Positions 41,533-50,051 of a DNA stretch of 64,000 nt are shown here, piece after piece. The first letter of the stretch is position 1. Each line of letters opens with the position of its first letter. Below the pieces are notes generated by a model. The model did not search any database. It was not told where the DNA came from and saw only the letters and a list, made by a program, of their open reading frames with translations. This stretch comes from Acidimicrobiia bacterium. GTDB taxonomy: Bacteria; Actinomycetota; Acidimicrobiia; IMCC26256; JAMXLJ01. The translations under genes were made by a program, and so were the position numbers. The DNA lies in contig DATBEZ010000003.1 of NCBI GenBank assembly GCA_036558745.1, forward strand, positions 196,352-260,351, written 5' to 3'.

Positions 41533-44076
41533 TCAGAGCAGTCCGAGCCGGCGCGCGCTGGCGACCGCCTCCTCGCGCGACCCGACGCCGAGCTTGCGGT
41601 AGATGGCCTTGACGTGCGACTTGAGCGTGTTGCGCGAGATGAAGAGCTCGCTCGCGATCTGGGCGCTGTTCCCCGCACCGCCGAGATGTCGGAGCACGAC
41701 GAGCTCACGCTCGCTGAGGGCCGCCGGTGCCGGCGGCGCGGGCCGGATCGTCACGGACGGAGCCCGTTCCTCCCAGAACACGGACGCGTACCGCTCCGGT
41801 TCGGCCAAGCGCACGGCCCGCTCGAGATGGCCCGCCGAGTCCGCCTCGCCCCTCGCGGCGCGGGCGAGGAGCAGCTCCCTGACGATCCGGTCGCGCGTGC
41901 CTTCGGGACGCGTCGCGTCGAGACGGGCCCGCGCCGACGCGGGATCGGCGGCCAGCTCCGCGCGCGCCTGGAGCAGCTCGCGCTCGACGGAAGGCGGGAG
42001 TGTCGCGATGAGCACGGCGGCCCGTTGGAGGTCACCCGTCCTGACGCGGATACGGGCCTCCAGCGCGTCCGCGCGACGGGCGAGCGCGGTCCCTTCCGAA
42101 CGCGCCCCATACGAACGCGCTCGGCCGAGTCGCCACGCGACGTCCTCGAGGTCGTCGCGTCGCCAGGCGAGTTCCGCATGTGCGAGCTCCGCGTGGGTGA
42201 GATGCATGACCGAGTCGAGATCCGCCGCGCGCGCCTCCAACTCCGTGAGCGCGGCTTCGGCGGCAGGTCGCTCGTCGCGCTCGAGGAGGACCCGGACGAG
42301 CGCGAGTTGAGCGTCGAGGACGCCGAAGTGGCCCGCAGGCGCGCTCGGCGCGTGACGGAGCGCGTCGCGTGCGAGCGCCTCCGCGTCCCGCAGCCGATCG
42401 TCTGCCGCCGCGACGTTGGCTCGGATCGCGGGAAGCACGACGAGCGACGCGACGTCCGAGAGCCGATCGCGCTCGCGGAGCAGATCGACCATCGCCTTCG
42501 CGTCCGGAAGTTGGCCGAGGATCAGGTACGAGCGGGCCAGGTTCACCGGCAACCGCTCGAACACGACGTCGTCCCACTCGCGCTCGTCGATGGGAAGCAT
42601 CGGGGCCCCGAGCTCCACCGCGCGTGCGGCATCCCCGCGCAAGGCCGCCAGCTGTGCCCGCATCGCGGCGAGCCGTCGCTCGAGCCCCGGTGCGGCGCCG
42701 TCCTCGACCACGGCCTGGGCCCGTTCGAGCCAGATGAGGGCGTCGGTGAAGCTCGATTGCATGACCAGCGCGACGACCAACCTCGCGATGCGCTGCGGCT
42801 CCGCGCCGACGTAGTCGGGCGGCAGCAGGTCGAGCCAGTCGCTCTGTCCCGAGCGCGTCGAGCGCCCGCGCGGTGCTTCCTCGATCGCGAGGGTGAACGC
42901 GCCGTCGGTGTCTCCTGCGTCGAGCAGATGGCTCACCGCGAGGCGTACGTCGCCCTCGTCACGGAACCACGCGGCCGCGACGGCATGGAGGCGGCGGAGG
43001 CGGTCCGGATCCCGGGCCTCGAGGTCGTTGCACAGGAAGTCGCGGAAGAACTGGTGGTAGCGGAACGATCGGCGGTGCGCGTCGAGGGGGACGAGGAACA
43101 GGCGGCGGTCCTCGATCGTCCGCAGCATCTCCTGCGTGTCGTCCCGCCCCGTCAACGCGCGGCAGAGCTCGACGTCGAACCTCTCGACGACGCAGGTGTC
43201 GCCCAGGAACTCGCGAACCGCGGTCGACTGGAGGCTCAGGACCTCGCGGACGAGGAGATCGGCGACCGCTTCCCGCCCGGTCGACGCATCCGCGTCCGCG
43301 TGCTCCGGACCGCGACGATGCGTCCCGCTCGACGCGAGCGCGGCGAGCTGCAGCCCGGCAACCCATCCCTCTGCTTCGTCCACCAGCGTCGCGAGATCCT
43401 CGTCCGCGAGCTCGACACCCTCGAACGAGGCGAGCAGCGCAGCCGCCTCGTCGCGCCGGAACGCGAGCGCCGACTCCGACACCTCGCCGACGAGGCCCCG
43501 GGCCCGCCACCGCGCGAGTGGGAGCGGCGGGTGCTGCCGCGTGATGAGCACGAACCGGAGCAGCGGCGGCGCGTGCTCGAGGAGCTGCTCGAGCGACCGG
43601 AGGACCCGGCGGTCGTGCACGACGTGCAGGTCGTCGAGCACGAGGACCAGTCGCCGTCGCGCCCGGGCCACGTCGGTGACGAGCGCGCCGACGAAGGCGT
43701 CGTCCGATGCGCCGGACTCGGTCAGCGCGTCGATGGCGCGCCTCGCCACCCCGGGCAGCGCGGCGTCGACGGCGGACAGGACGTCGTACCAGAAGCGCAT
43801 CGGGTGGTCGTCGCTGCGGTCGAACGTGAGCCACGCGACGCGCGAGCCGGCACGCTCGACCCAGTCCCGGACCGCAACCGTCTTTCCCCATCCCGTCTGC
43901 GCGATGACGAGGGTGATGTTCGGTCCCTCGGGTGGGGCCACGAGCGCGTCGAGCCGCGGACGGGCCACGTGGTGCGCGGCGCGCGGAGGCAGCCCGACCG
44001 TGCTCGTGACGCCGCCGGCCGACGCGTGCCCTGCATCGACGTCCATGACGCGCCCGCCGCCGTCGGCTGCGTTCAT
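41533..44076 (-). CDS. LAL-family (large ATP-binding LuxR / MalT-like STAND) transcriptional regulator, copy 1
   Basis: 3' part of the composite ORF 41533..46821. ATG 44076 overlaps the K+ channel stop (ATGA). Walker A AQTGWGKT, Walker B LVLVLDDLHVV, EGWVAGLQLAAL, long TPR-like region. C-terminal LuxR HTH: LSERELVVLRHLGGAGNSAQIASELFISRNTLKSHVKAIYRKLGV. Confidence 0.9.
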   Translation of the reverse strand: MNAADGGGRVMDVDAGHASAGGVTSTVGLPPRAAHHVARPRLDALVAPPEGPNITLVIAQTGWGKTVAVRDWVERAGSRVAWLTFDRSDDHPMRFWYDVLSAVDAALPGVARRAIDALTESGASDDAFVGALVTDVARARRRLVLVLDDLHVVHDRRVLRSLEQLLEHAPPLLRFVLITRQHPPLPLARWRARGLVGEVSESALAFRRDEAAALLASFEGVELADEDLATLVDEAEGWVAGLQLAALASSGTHRRGPEHADADASTGREAVADLLVREVLSLQSTAVREFLGDTCVVERFDVELCRALTGRDDTQEMLRTIEDRRLFLVPLDAHRRSFRYHQFFRDFLCNDLEARDPDRLRRLHAVAAAWFRDEGDVRLAVSHLLDAGDTDGAFTLAIEEAPRGRSTRSGQSDWLDLLPPDYVGAEPQRIARLVVALVMQSSFTDALIWLERAQAVVEDGAAPGLERRLAAMRAQLAALRGDAARAVELGAPMLPIDEREWDDVVFERLPVNLARSYLILGQLPDAKAMVDLLRERDRLSDVASLVVLPAIRANVAAADDRLRDAEALARDALRHAPSAPAGHFGVLDAQLALVRVLLERDERPAAEAALTELEARAADLDSVMHLTHAELAHAELAWRRDDLEDVAWRLGRARSYGARSEGTALARRADALEARIRVRTGDLQRAAVLIATLPPSVERELLQARAELAADPASARARLDATRPEGTRDRIVRELLLARAARGEADSAGHLERAVRLAEPERYASVFWEERAPSVTIRPAPPAPAALSERELVVLRHLGGAGNSAQIASELFISRNTLKSHVKAIYRKLGVGSREEAVASARRLGLL

Positions 44077-44819
44077 GCCGGCCCGCTGCCGCGTACGGTG
44101 TCCTCCGCTGCCGGCGACGGGGTGGCGAGACGTCGATGACCGATCGCGCCGACGAGCACGGCAACGACGGTCACGAGATAGATCTGGCCGAGCAGCGCCT
44201 CCATCACCGCGGACGCACGACCGAATCCGCCCGCAGCGGTGAGGTCGCCGTACCCGACCGTGGTCAGTGTGATGAAGCTGAAGTACAGGTAGTCCGAGAT
44301 CGTCGCGTGGTTCACCTGTGCGAAGAACGGGTTGCTGCCCAGGGTGCCGATCGCCGCGTAGACGAACGCGAACAGCATGCCGATGAGAACGTAGACGCAC
44401 AGCGCGCCGAGCACGGTGCGCACGTCGATGACCGCTCGCCGGATCAGGCCGCGGACGATCATGACGGGCGCCACGCCGACGAGCAACGCGCTCACGAGGA
44501 AATAGGCACCCCTCAGCGCGTCGCTCCCCTCGCCCCACGGCAAGGCGGCGATGAGCAGCAACGTGAACACGGCCATCACCACGCCGACGATGCGCACCGT
44601 GCGGGCATGGACGCGGGACGCACCCATCGCGACGAGGAGGGTCAGCTCCTGGAGCACGATGACCACGAGTCGCGCCCAGGCCTGGGTCGGCGCCGCCACC
44701 GAGACCACGTACGTCACCATCAGGAGCAGGAGCACGAGGCCGTAGCGGTACCCGGGAAGGCGACCCTCGAGGCTGCGAAGGCGCGGGTCCGACACTGGTC
44801 GCGTGACGTCCGTCGTCAT
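44073..44819 (-). CDS. potassium channel protein (TVGYGD selectivity filter)
   Basis: C-terminal 248 aa of ORF 44073..45374, from ATG 44819. Multiple TM helices. Pore region: ISDYLYFSFITLTTVGYGDLTA. Confidence 0.85.
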   Translation of the reverse strand: MTTDVTRPVSDPRLRSLEGRLPGYRYGLVLLLLMVTYVVSVAAPTQAWARLVVIVLQELTLLVAMGASRVHARTVRIVGVVMAVFTLLLIAALPWGEGSDALRGAYFLVSALLVGVAPVMIVRGLIRRAVIDVRTVLGALCVYVLIGMLFAFVYAAIGTLGSNPFFAQVNHATISDYLYFSFITLTTVGYGDLTAAGGFGRASAVMEALLGQIYLVTVVAVLVGAIGHRRLATPSPAAEDTVRGSGPA

Positions 44820-44929
44820 CCCTCGACCGGCGGGCAGCCGCCCACGGCGCTCCTCCTCGACCGCAGCGCCTGCGGATGGGAACCGTTCCCTGCGCCACCC
44901 GAGGCTGCCCGAGCCTCTGCACAGGGGCA

Positions 44930-44946
44930 TCACCCGCGACGGGTGA
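44930..44946. promoter_or_regulatory. palindrome copy 2: TCACCCgcgacGGGTGA
   Basis: Perfect arms. Sits in the 271-bp divergent gap between K+ channel/LAL-1 (start 44819) and LAL-2 (start 45091). Confidence 0.6.
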
Positions 44947-45090
44947 ACAGATCGCGAGCCCGAGCCGTGATCGGAATCGACGAAGGTTCCGCGGCGGTCT
45001 TGTTGCGAACTCGACTGCGCACCCCCACCCGTGGTGCGTCCGTTGTGATGTCGCGTCGGTGCTTGACAGAAGGTGGGATCCACGCCGACC

Positions 45091-47733
45091 ATGAACAACT
45101 TGGTCCCAACACGCCGAGCGGGCGCACCGGGCGCCGCGATCGAACTGAAGCTGGCTCCACCGCCGCCCCCTCGGCACCACGTCACACGTCCGCGGGTGAC
45201 CGCGCGCTTCCCGGCGGCCGACGGCGGCCGGCTCACGCTCGTCACGGGGCCCCCCGGGGCGGGGAAGACGACGGCGGTCCAGGAGTGGCTGCACGCGACC
45301 GGCCGTCGCGCCGCGTGGCTGACGCTCGACATCGACGACAACGCCGCGCCGGCGTTCTGGCGCGACGTGCTCACGGCGGTGCGACAGGTGACGCGCGCAT
45401 CGCCGGCCCGCGCATCGCCGCGCGACGTCGTGCCCCGGCACGCGTCGTTGGATCACGTCCTCACGGAGCTGGACGCGCTGGACGACGAGCTGGTGCTGGT
45501 CCTCGACGACTTCCACGTCGTGCACGCGCGTGCGGTCCATGGAGACGTCCGGTCGCTCCTCGAGCGCAAGCCACCTGCGCTTCACGTCGTGCTCGTCAGC
45601 CGGTCCGATCCCGCGTTGCCTCTCGCGCGCTGGCGCGTGCGCGACGAGCTCGTGGAGATCCGCGAGGCCGACCTCCGGTTCGACGCGGAAGAGGCGGGCG
45701 CGTACCTGGGCGCATTCGAAGATCTGCAGCTCGACGACCGCGCGGTGTCGACGCTCGCGCGGCGGACCGAGGGCTGGATCGCCGGGCTGCAGCTCGCGGT
45801 CATCTCGCTCCGCGCGAGCGACGACCGGGACACCTTCATCGAGAGCTTCGGTGGCACGGACCGCTTCATCGCGGATTTCCTGCTCGACGAGGTTCTCGGC
45901 GGCCAGCCGGACGACATCCGCGAGTTCCTGCTGCTGACTTCGGTGCTCCCCCGGTTCGACGCGCAGCTCTGCGAGGCGGTGACCGGACGGTCCGACGCGG
46001 ACGCCCAGCTTCGCCGCCTCGAGGCCGCGAACCTCTTCCTGGTACGCGCCGACTCGGCCGGAACCTCGTTCCGGTACCACAGCCTCTTCCGTGACCTCTT
46101 GCGCTCGGAGCTCGAGACTCGTGACCCGGAACGCGCGCGGGCGGCGCGCGCCGAGGCCGCGTGGCAGCTGGCCCGCGCCGACGACACGCTTGCCGCAGTC
46201 GAGCTCCTCGTCGCGGCGGGAAAGCACGAGGAGGCCTTCGCGCTCGCGCTCCCTCGTCAGGCCGAGCTCACCCCGGCGGCCCGCGTCACGACGAGCAGTT
46301 GCCTCGATCTGCTGCCCGCCTCGTTCGTCGCGCGTGACCGCGAGCGTTCGCTCCTCTACGCCGACGCGTTGCGCAAGATCGGTCGCCAGGACGACGCCGC
46401 GGTGTGGCTCGAGCGCGCGTCGCTGGCCATCGAACCCGACGGCACCGACGCCGCTGAGCAGAACCGGACCGAGGCGCTCTGGATCGCGTGGTATGCCGCG
46501 GAGGGAGACGCGCACGCGTCGGTCAACCACGCCCATCGGGCGAGACGCGTCGCCGCCGGCGCGGGTTCTTCGGCGGTTCGAGACCGCATCGCCGACGGCG
46601 TCCAGCTGGATCTTGCACGCGCGTGGCTCCTCCTGGGCAACTTCGACCGCGCGCGGCGATCGTTGGCCAGGGTGTCGCGTGACGTGGACCCTGTCGTCGA
46701 CGAGGTCGCGGTACCCGCGGTGCTCGCTCGCGTGCAGGCCGGCGAGGGACGGCTCCGCGACGCGGAGGTGAGCGCCGAACGGGCGCTGCGCATGGCCGCC
46801 GCGCTGGACGTCGGCGGTCATCCGGCGACGATGGACGCGCTCCTCGCTCGGGCCGCGCTCGGGCGCGAGCGCGACGACCTCATCGGGGCCACGCGCGACG
46901 TGGACGAGGCGTTCGCGCTCGCGGAGGACCTCGCGTCACCGCCGTACCGGGTCCTGACGCGGCTCGAGCACGTGCGGAACGTGGAGGCGGTGGCCGGTCC
47001 GCACGACGCGCTCGAGCACCTGCGCGCGGTGCGCGCCGCGTTCGGCGACCCCCGTCCACCGGCGCTCCTCGACGCCACGAACCGGGTCGACGTCAGGCTG
47101 TCGATGCGTTGCGGCGATCTCTCCCGCGCCGCGCTCGTCGCCGGGACGCTCCCCGTCGGCTTCGGCCGCGAGCTGCTCCTGGCCGGGATCGAGGTCGGCG
47201 AGGGCCGCAGCGGCCGCGCGCGTCGACGGCTCGCCGCGCTCCAGCCCGTGTACCTCGGGGACCGGATCCGCCACGAGCTGCTCCGCGGCACCGCGGCGGA
47301 GCGCCTCGACGAGCTCCGGCGCCACGTCAGCCGTGCGGCCGAGCTCGCGGCGCCGGAAGGGTTCCGGCGGACGTTCATCGAGTGCGGCCCGGGCGTGTCA
47401 CGCGCGCTGCGCTCGCTCGCCTCCTCCCCGCGGCTGCACCCGATGACGATCGACCTCGTGCGCGCGGTGGTGGACCTCCCCGCGCTCCGTGCCGGCCGGA
47501 CCCTCCTCGAGCCGCTGAGCGAGCGCGAAGAGTCGGTGCTCAGGTACTTCCCGACGACGCTGAGCTACCACGACATCGCGACCGAGCTGCTGATCTCGGT
47601 CAACACGCTGAAGACCCACGTGCGCAGCATCCACCGCAAGCTGGGCGTGTCCTCGCGCGCCGAGGCGATCCGCCAGGCCGAAGCGCTGGGGATGTTGAGC
47701 CGCACCGGGGGCACTCGCCGCGCGACGGGATGA
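45091..47733 (+). CDS. LAL-family (MalT-like STAND + LuxR HTH) transcriptional regulator, copy 2
   Basis: ORF 45073..47733 (GTG 45073 or ATG 45091). Walker A GPPGAGKT, Walker B LVLVLDDFHVV, EGWIAGLQLAVI. HTH: LSEREESVLRYFPTTLSYHDIATELLISVNTLKTHVRSIHRKLGV. Clearly paralogous to copy 1. Confidence 0.9.
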   Translation: MNNLVPTRRAGAPGAAIELKLAPPPPPRHHVTRPRVTARFPAADGGRLTLVTGPPGAGKTTAVQEWLHATGRRAAWLTLDIDDNAAPAFWRDVLTAVRQVTRASPARASPRDVVPRHASLDHVLTELDALDDELVLVLDDFHVVHARAVHGDVRSLLERKPPALHVVLVSRSDPALPLARWRVRDELVEIREADLRFDAEEAGAYLGAFEDLQLDDRAVSTLARRTEGWIAGLQLAVISLRASDDRDTFIESFGGTDRFIADFLLDEVLGGQPDDIREFLLLTSVLPRFDAQLCEAVTGRSDADAQLRRLEAANLFLVRADSAGTSFRYHSLFRDLLRSELETRDPERARAARAEAAWQLARADDTLAAVELLVAAGKHEEAFALALPRQAELTPAARVTTSSCLDLLPASFVARDRERSLLYADALRKIGRQDDAAVWLERASLAIEPDGTDAAEQNRTEALWIAWYAAEGDAHASVNHAHRARRVAAGAGSSAVRDRIADGVQLDLARAWLLLGNFDRARRSLARVSRDVDPVVDEVAVPAVLARVQAGEGRLRDAEVSAERALRMAAALDVGGHPATMDALLARAALGRERDDLIGATRDVDEAFALAEDLASPPYRVLTRLEHVRNVEAVAGPHDALEHLRAVRAAFGDPRPPALLDATNRVDVRLSMRCGDLSRAALVAGTLPVGFGRELLLAGIEVGEGRSGRARRRLAALQPVYLGDRIRHELLRGTAAERLDELRRHVSRAAELAAPEGFRRTFIECGPGVSRALRSLASSPRLHPMTIDLVRAVVDLPALRAGRTLLEPLSEREESVLRYFPTTLSYHDIATELLISVNTLKTHVRSIHRKLGVSSRAEAIRQAEALGMLSRTGGTRRATG

Positions 47734-47746
47734 GCGCGGCAAACGA

Positions 47747-47763
47747 TCACCCCGCGTGGGTGA
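47747..47763. promoter_or_regulatory. palindrome copy 3: TCACCCcgcgtGGGTGA
   Basis: Perfect arms (extendable to ATCACCC/GGGTGAT). Lies 14 nt after the LAL-2 stop and 79 nt upstream of the 84-aa gene. A second hairpin, TGATGTGGgagaCCACATCA, follows immediately at 47761-47780. Confidence 0.55.
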
Positions 47764-47841
47764 TGTGGGAGACCACATCACGGCCGGATTCTCACGGGGG
47801 CGGGCACACGATGCACCACGTCGGCCGGTGGGAGGCACGAC

Positions 47842-48096
47842 ATGCAGGACGCTCGGGACCTGATCGACGTCGCACGACCGACCGTGCCGGCCGACGACCG
47901 TGAGGCGCTGCGGGTCACGCAGACCGTCGGAAGGCTGGTCGACCGCTTCGGCGACATGGTCGCGCCCGAGTTCCTCGAAGCGCGGGTGCGCGCGCTCTAT
48001 GCCACGTTCGACCGCGCGCAGGTGCGCGAGTTCGTCCCCATCCTCGTGGAGCGCGAGGTCATGAGGGAGCTTGCCGCGCTCCGTCGGCGTCCGTAG
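47842..48096 (+). CDS. small three-helix-bundle-type protein (resembles the dimerisation domain found N-terminal to some actinobacterial LMW phosphatases/ArsC)
   Basis: ORF 47842..48096. ATG follows GGGAGG. VGRLVDRFGDMVAPEFLEARVRALYATFDRAQVREFVPILVEREVMRELA. The family call is from memory of the ...FVP.LVER..R..L pattern. Confidence 0.6.
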   Translation: MQDARDLIDVARPTVPADDREALRVTQTVGRLVDRFGDMVAPEFLEARVRALYATFDRAQVREFVPILVEREVMRELAALRRRP

Positions 48097-49456
48097 CACC
48101 TGCCGCCGCGTGCCCGTTCGTGCCGTCGGGTGCGCCCCCACGCACGAGATCCCACAGCGCGGCGAACGTCGCCCCGTCGAGACGGACGTCCGGCGCTCGC
48201 GGATTCGCCCCCGGCGCGCTCGGCGCGAGCCAGACCCGCAGCGCGCCCGGCCGCATCCGGAAGCGGATCGGGGGATCGAGACGGACGGACTCTCCGTCGA
48301 TGCCGGCAGGCACGGGTCCGTCGGCGTCGACCTCGAACTCCTCGGTCGCCCACATGGCGCAACCCGGGAAGTCGCGTGCACGACCGGCGAGCTGCAGGGC
48401 GGTGAAGCGTGCCGCGTCCGCCGCGTCGGCGACGGCGACGCTGACGACGCCGAGCCTCCCCGTGTCGAGTCGCGGGCGCTTCCCGAACCCTCCGATGCCG
48501 CTGAGCTCGTAGGGGTTGTTGGAGACGAGCACGAGATCGCGCGTCGATCGGGGCGACCCGTCGGGGCCGCGGAAGCGCAGCTCGGCCGCGGTCGCCTCCG
48601 GCCCGATCAGATCGGGCAACATCGCGGCCGCCGTCTGCACCTTCGCGTCGCGGTACTCGTCCGACTGCACGATCTCGCCGTACACCCCGAACGACACGTT
48701 GTTGACGAACACGCGGTCGTCGACGAGGCCGACGTCGACCCGGTGCTCGGGGCCCTCCGCGAACGCGTCGAGCGAGCCGACGACGTCGTTCCGGTCGACG
48801 CCGAGGTCGAGCGCCAGGTGGTTGCGGGTACCCGCCGGAATGCAGACGAACGGCAACCCGTGCTCGATCGCGATCGACGCGACGATGGCCTGGGAGCCGT
48901 CGCCGCCGGCGACGCCGAGCGCGTCGGCGCCGCGCGCGATCGCCGCGAGCACGAGCGTCCGCAGGTCGTCACCCCGCTCCAGGAGGATCGCCTCGATCCC
49001 CCGCCGCCGTGCCTCCTCGACCAGGTTGAACCGTCCGACCTTGCCGCCGCCCGACTTCGGGTTCATGAACACGACCGGATGCCCGGCGGTGCGGCGCATC
49101 GTTGCGGCGGTCGGCAACGCGACCCGACGCGGGCTGAGCGCGAACCGACCGAGCAAGAGCGCGACGACGAGGAGAACCGCGATGAGCACCACATCGCGGA
49201 GCGCGCGGGTCGACGGGAGCACCACGAAGAACGCCGCGACAACAGTGAGCGCGGCGAGCGCCGCGACGATCGCCCCTGCGAGGCGTGTTGCCCCGCGACG
49301 CGTGATCGCGAGCCATCCGGCCGCGCTCATCACGACGAGCGCCACGACCGTGACGAGGAGCAGCACCAGATGCGTCACCGCGAACACGATCGCGAGCACC
49401 GGCGCGACGACGAGAGCGAACAGGGCCGCGGCCGCGGCCACCCGTCGGAGCATCAC
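48059..49456 (-). CDS. diacylglycerol-kinase-family lipid kinase with an N-terminal multi-TM domain
   Basis: ORF 48059..49456. About 4 TM helices, then VVFMNPKSGGGK...GVAGGDGSQAIVASIAIEHGLPFVCIPAGTRNHLALDLG (DAGK catalytic domain). Confidence 0.85.
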   Translation of the reverse strand: MMLRRVAAAAALFALVVAPVLAIVFAVTHLVLLLVTVVALVVMSAAGWLAITRRGATRLAGAIVAALAALTVVAAFFVVLPSTRALRDVVLIAVLLVVALLLGRFALSPRRVALPTAATMRRTAGHPVVFMNPKSGGGKVGRFNLVEEARRRGIEAILLERGDDLRTLVLAAIARGADALGVAGGDGSQAIVASIAIEHGLPFVCIPAGTRNHLALDLGVDRNDVVGSLDAFAEGPEHRVDVGLVDDRVFVNNVSFGVYGEIVQSDEYRDAKVQTAAAMLPDLIGPEATAAELRFRGPDGSPRSTRDLVLVSNNPYELSGIGGFGKRPRLDTGRLGVVSVAVADAADAARFTALQLAGRARDFPGCAMWATEEFEVDADGPVPAGIDGESVRLDPPIRFRMRPGALRVWLAPSAPGANPRAPDVRLDGATFAALWDLVRGGAPDGTNGHAAAGATDADGARQAPS

Positions 49457-49510
49457 CGCGATCGTGCAGCGAGCGCGCTCGGGTGACGTCCTCCCGAGCG
49501 GGTGAAAGCG

Positions 49511-49693
49511 TCAGATGCCGATGGCCGAAGCGAGTCGCGTCGCGGAACGCTGCACCAACGGCACGACGACGATGCCGGCCAGCGCGCCGACCAGCCGGTT
49601 CGTCCGCCGCGCGACGTAGGCGCCGACCGCGGCGCCGACCGCCACGCCGATGATCTCGGCGGCGAGACTGGCCTCGTCGGTCGTCGTGCTCAT
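49511..49693 (-). CDS. small (60 aa) membrane protein, hypothetical
   Basis: ORF 49511..49693. GC3 is near saturation. Two hydrophobic stretches (IIGVAVGAAVGAYVA, LVGALAGIVVVPLV). Confidence 0.5.
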   Translation of the reverse strand: MSTTTDEASLAAEIIGVAVGAAVGAYVARRTNRLVGALAGIVVVPLVQRSATRLASAIGI

Positions 49694-49756
49694 CGCCGCT
49701 CCCCCACTGACCCGGTCAGAAGCAATGCCCCGGAGCGAGGTGCGGCTCCGGCAGCG

Positions 49757-49957
49757 TCAGTCCATCCTCGCGCGCAGGCGGCGCCAGACATGACCTGCCT
49801 CGAGCAGCATCCAGAGACCGATGACGACGACCCAGGCCACGGCGATGGCGAGGCGCACGGCCCGGGACCGCGAAGCCGCCTGGTGGGCGGCGGCCGACGT
49901 GCGCGCGCCCGCCGCCTGGGGTCGGGCGGGACGTTCGGCGGTGACGACGGGACCCAT
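49757..49957 (-). CDS. small (66 aa) membrane protein, hypothetical
   Basis: ORF 49757..49957. High GC3. One TM (LAIAVAWVVVIGLWMLL). Lies 64 nt downstream of palindrome copy 50021-50037. Confidence 0.45.
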   Translation of the reverse strand: MGPVVTAERPARPQAAGARTSAAAHQAASRSRAVRLAIAVAWVVVIGLWMLLEAGHVWRRLRARMD

Positions 49958-50020
49958 GCCCAGCCTCCTCTGTCGCGGGCTCGGACACTCGGAGGGTGCG
50001 GGAGCGCGGTGGTCACGTCG

Positions 50021-50037
50021 TCACCCGGCAGGGATGA
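50021..50037. promoter_or_regulatory. palindrome copy 4 (1 mismatch): TCACCCggcagGGATGA
   Basis: Lies between the MFS stop (50052) and the start of the small-TM/small-TM/DAGK gene string (49957). Confidence 0.45.
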
Positions 50038-50051
50038 TCCGCCGCGAGCGG

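Noticed and set aside
45063-45068. Perfect TTGACA hexamer just upstream of LAL-2; considered as a -35 element
   Set aside because: No acceptable TAnnnT -10 lies 16-19 bp downstream, and the spacing would put the TSS inside the coding region. Possibly coincidental.
41533-46821. A single 1762-aa ORF in the six-frame track
   Set aside because: It is a composite. Only its 3' 847 codons (LAL-1) have domain content. Upstream, the frame runs through the K+ channel region out of frame and then antisense to LAL-2, giving Arg/Gly/Pro-rich nonsense. The absence of stops is an artefact of very high GC.
49478-49505. CGGGTGA occurring twice (49480-49486 and 49499-49505) upstream of the DAGK-like gene; considered as a ninth palindrome copy
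   Set aside because: These are direct, not inverted, repeats. The local structure is a different hairpin (GCTCGGG...CCCGAGC). There is no TCACCC arm.
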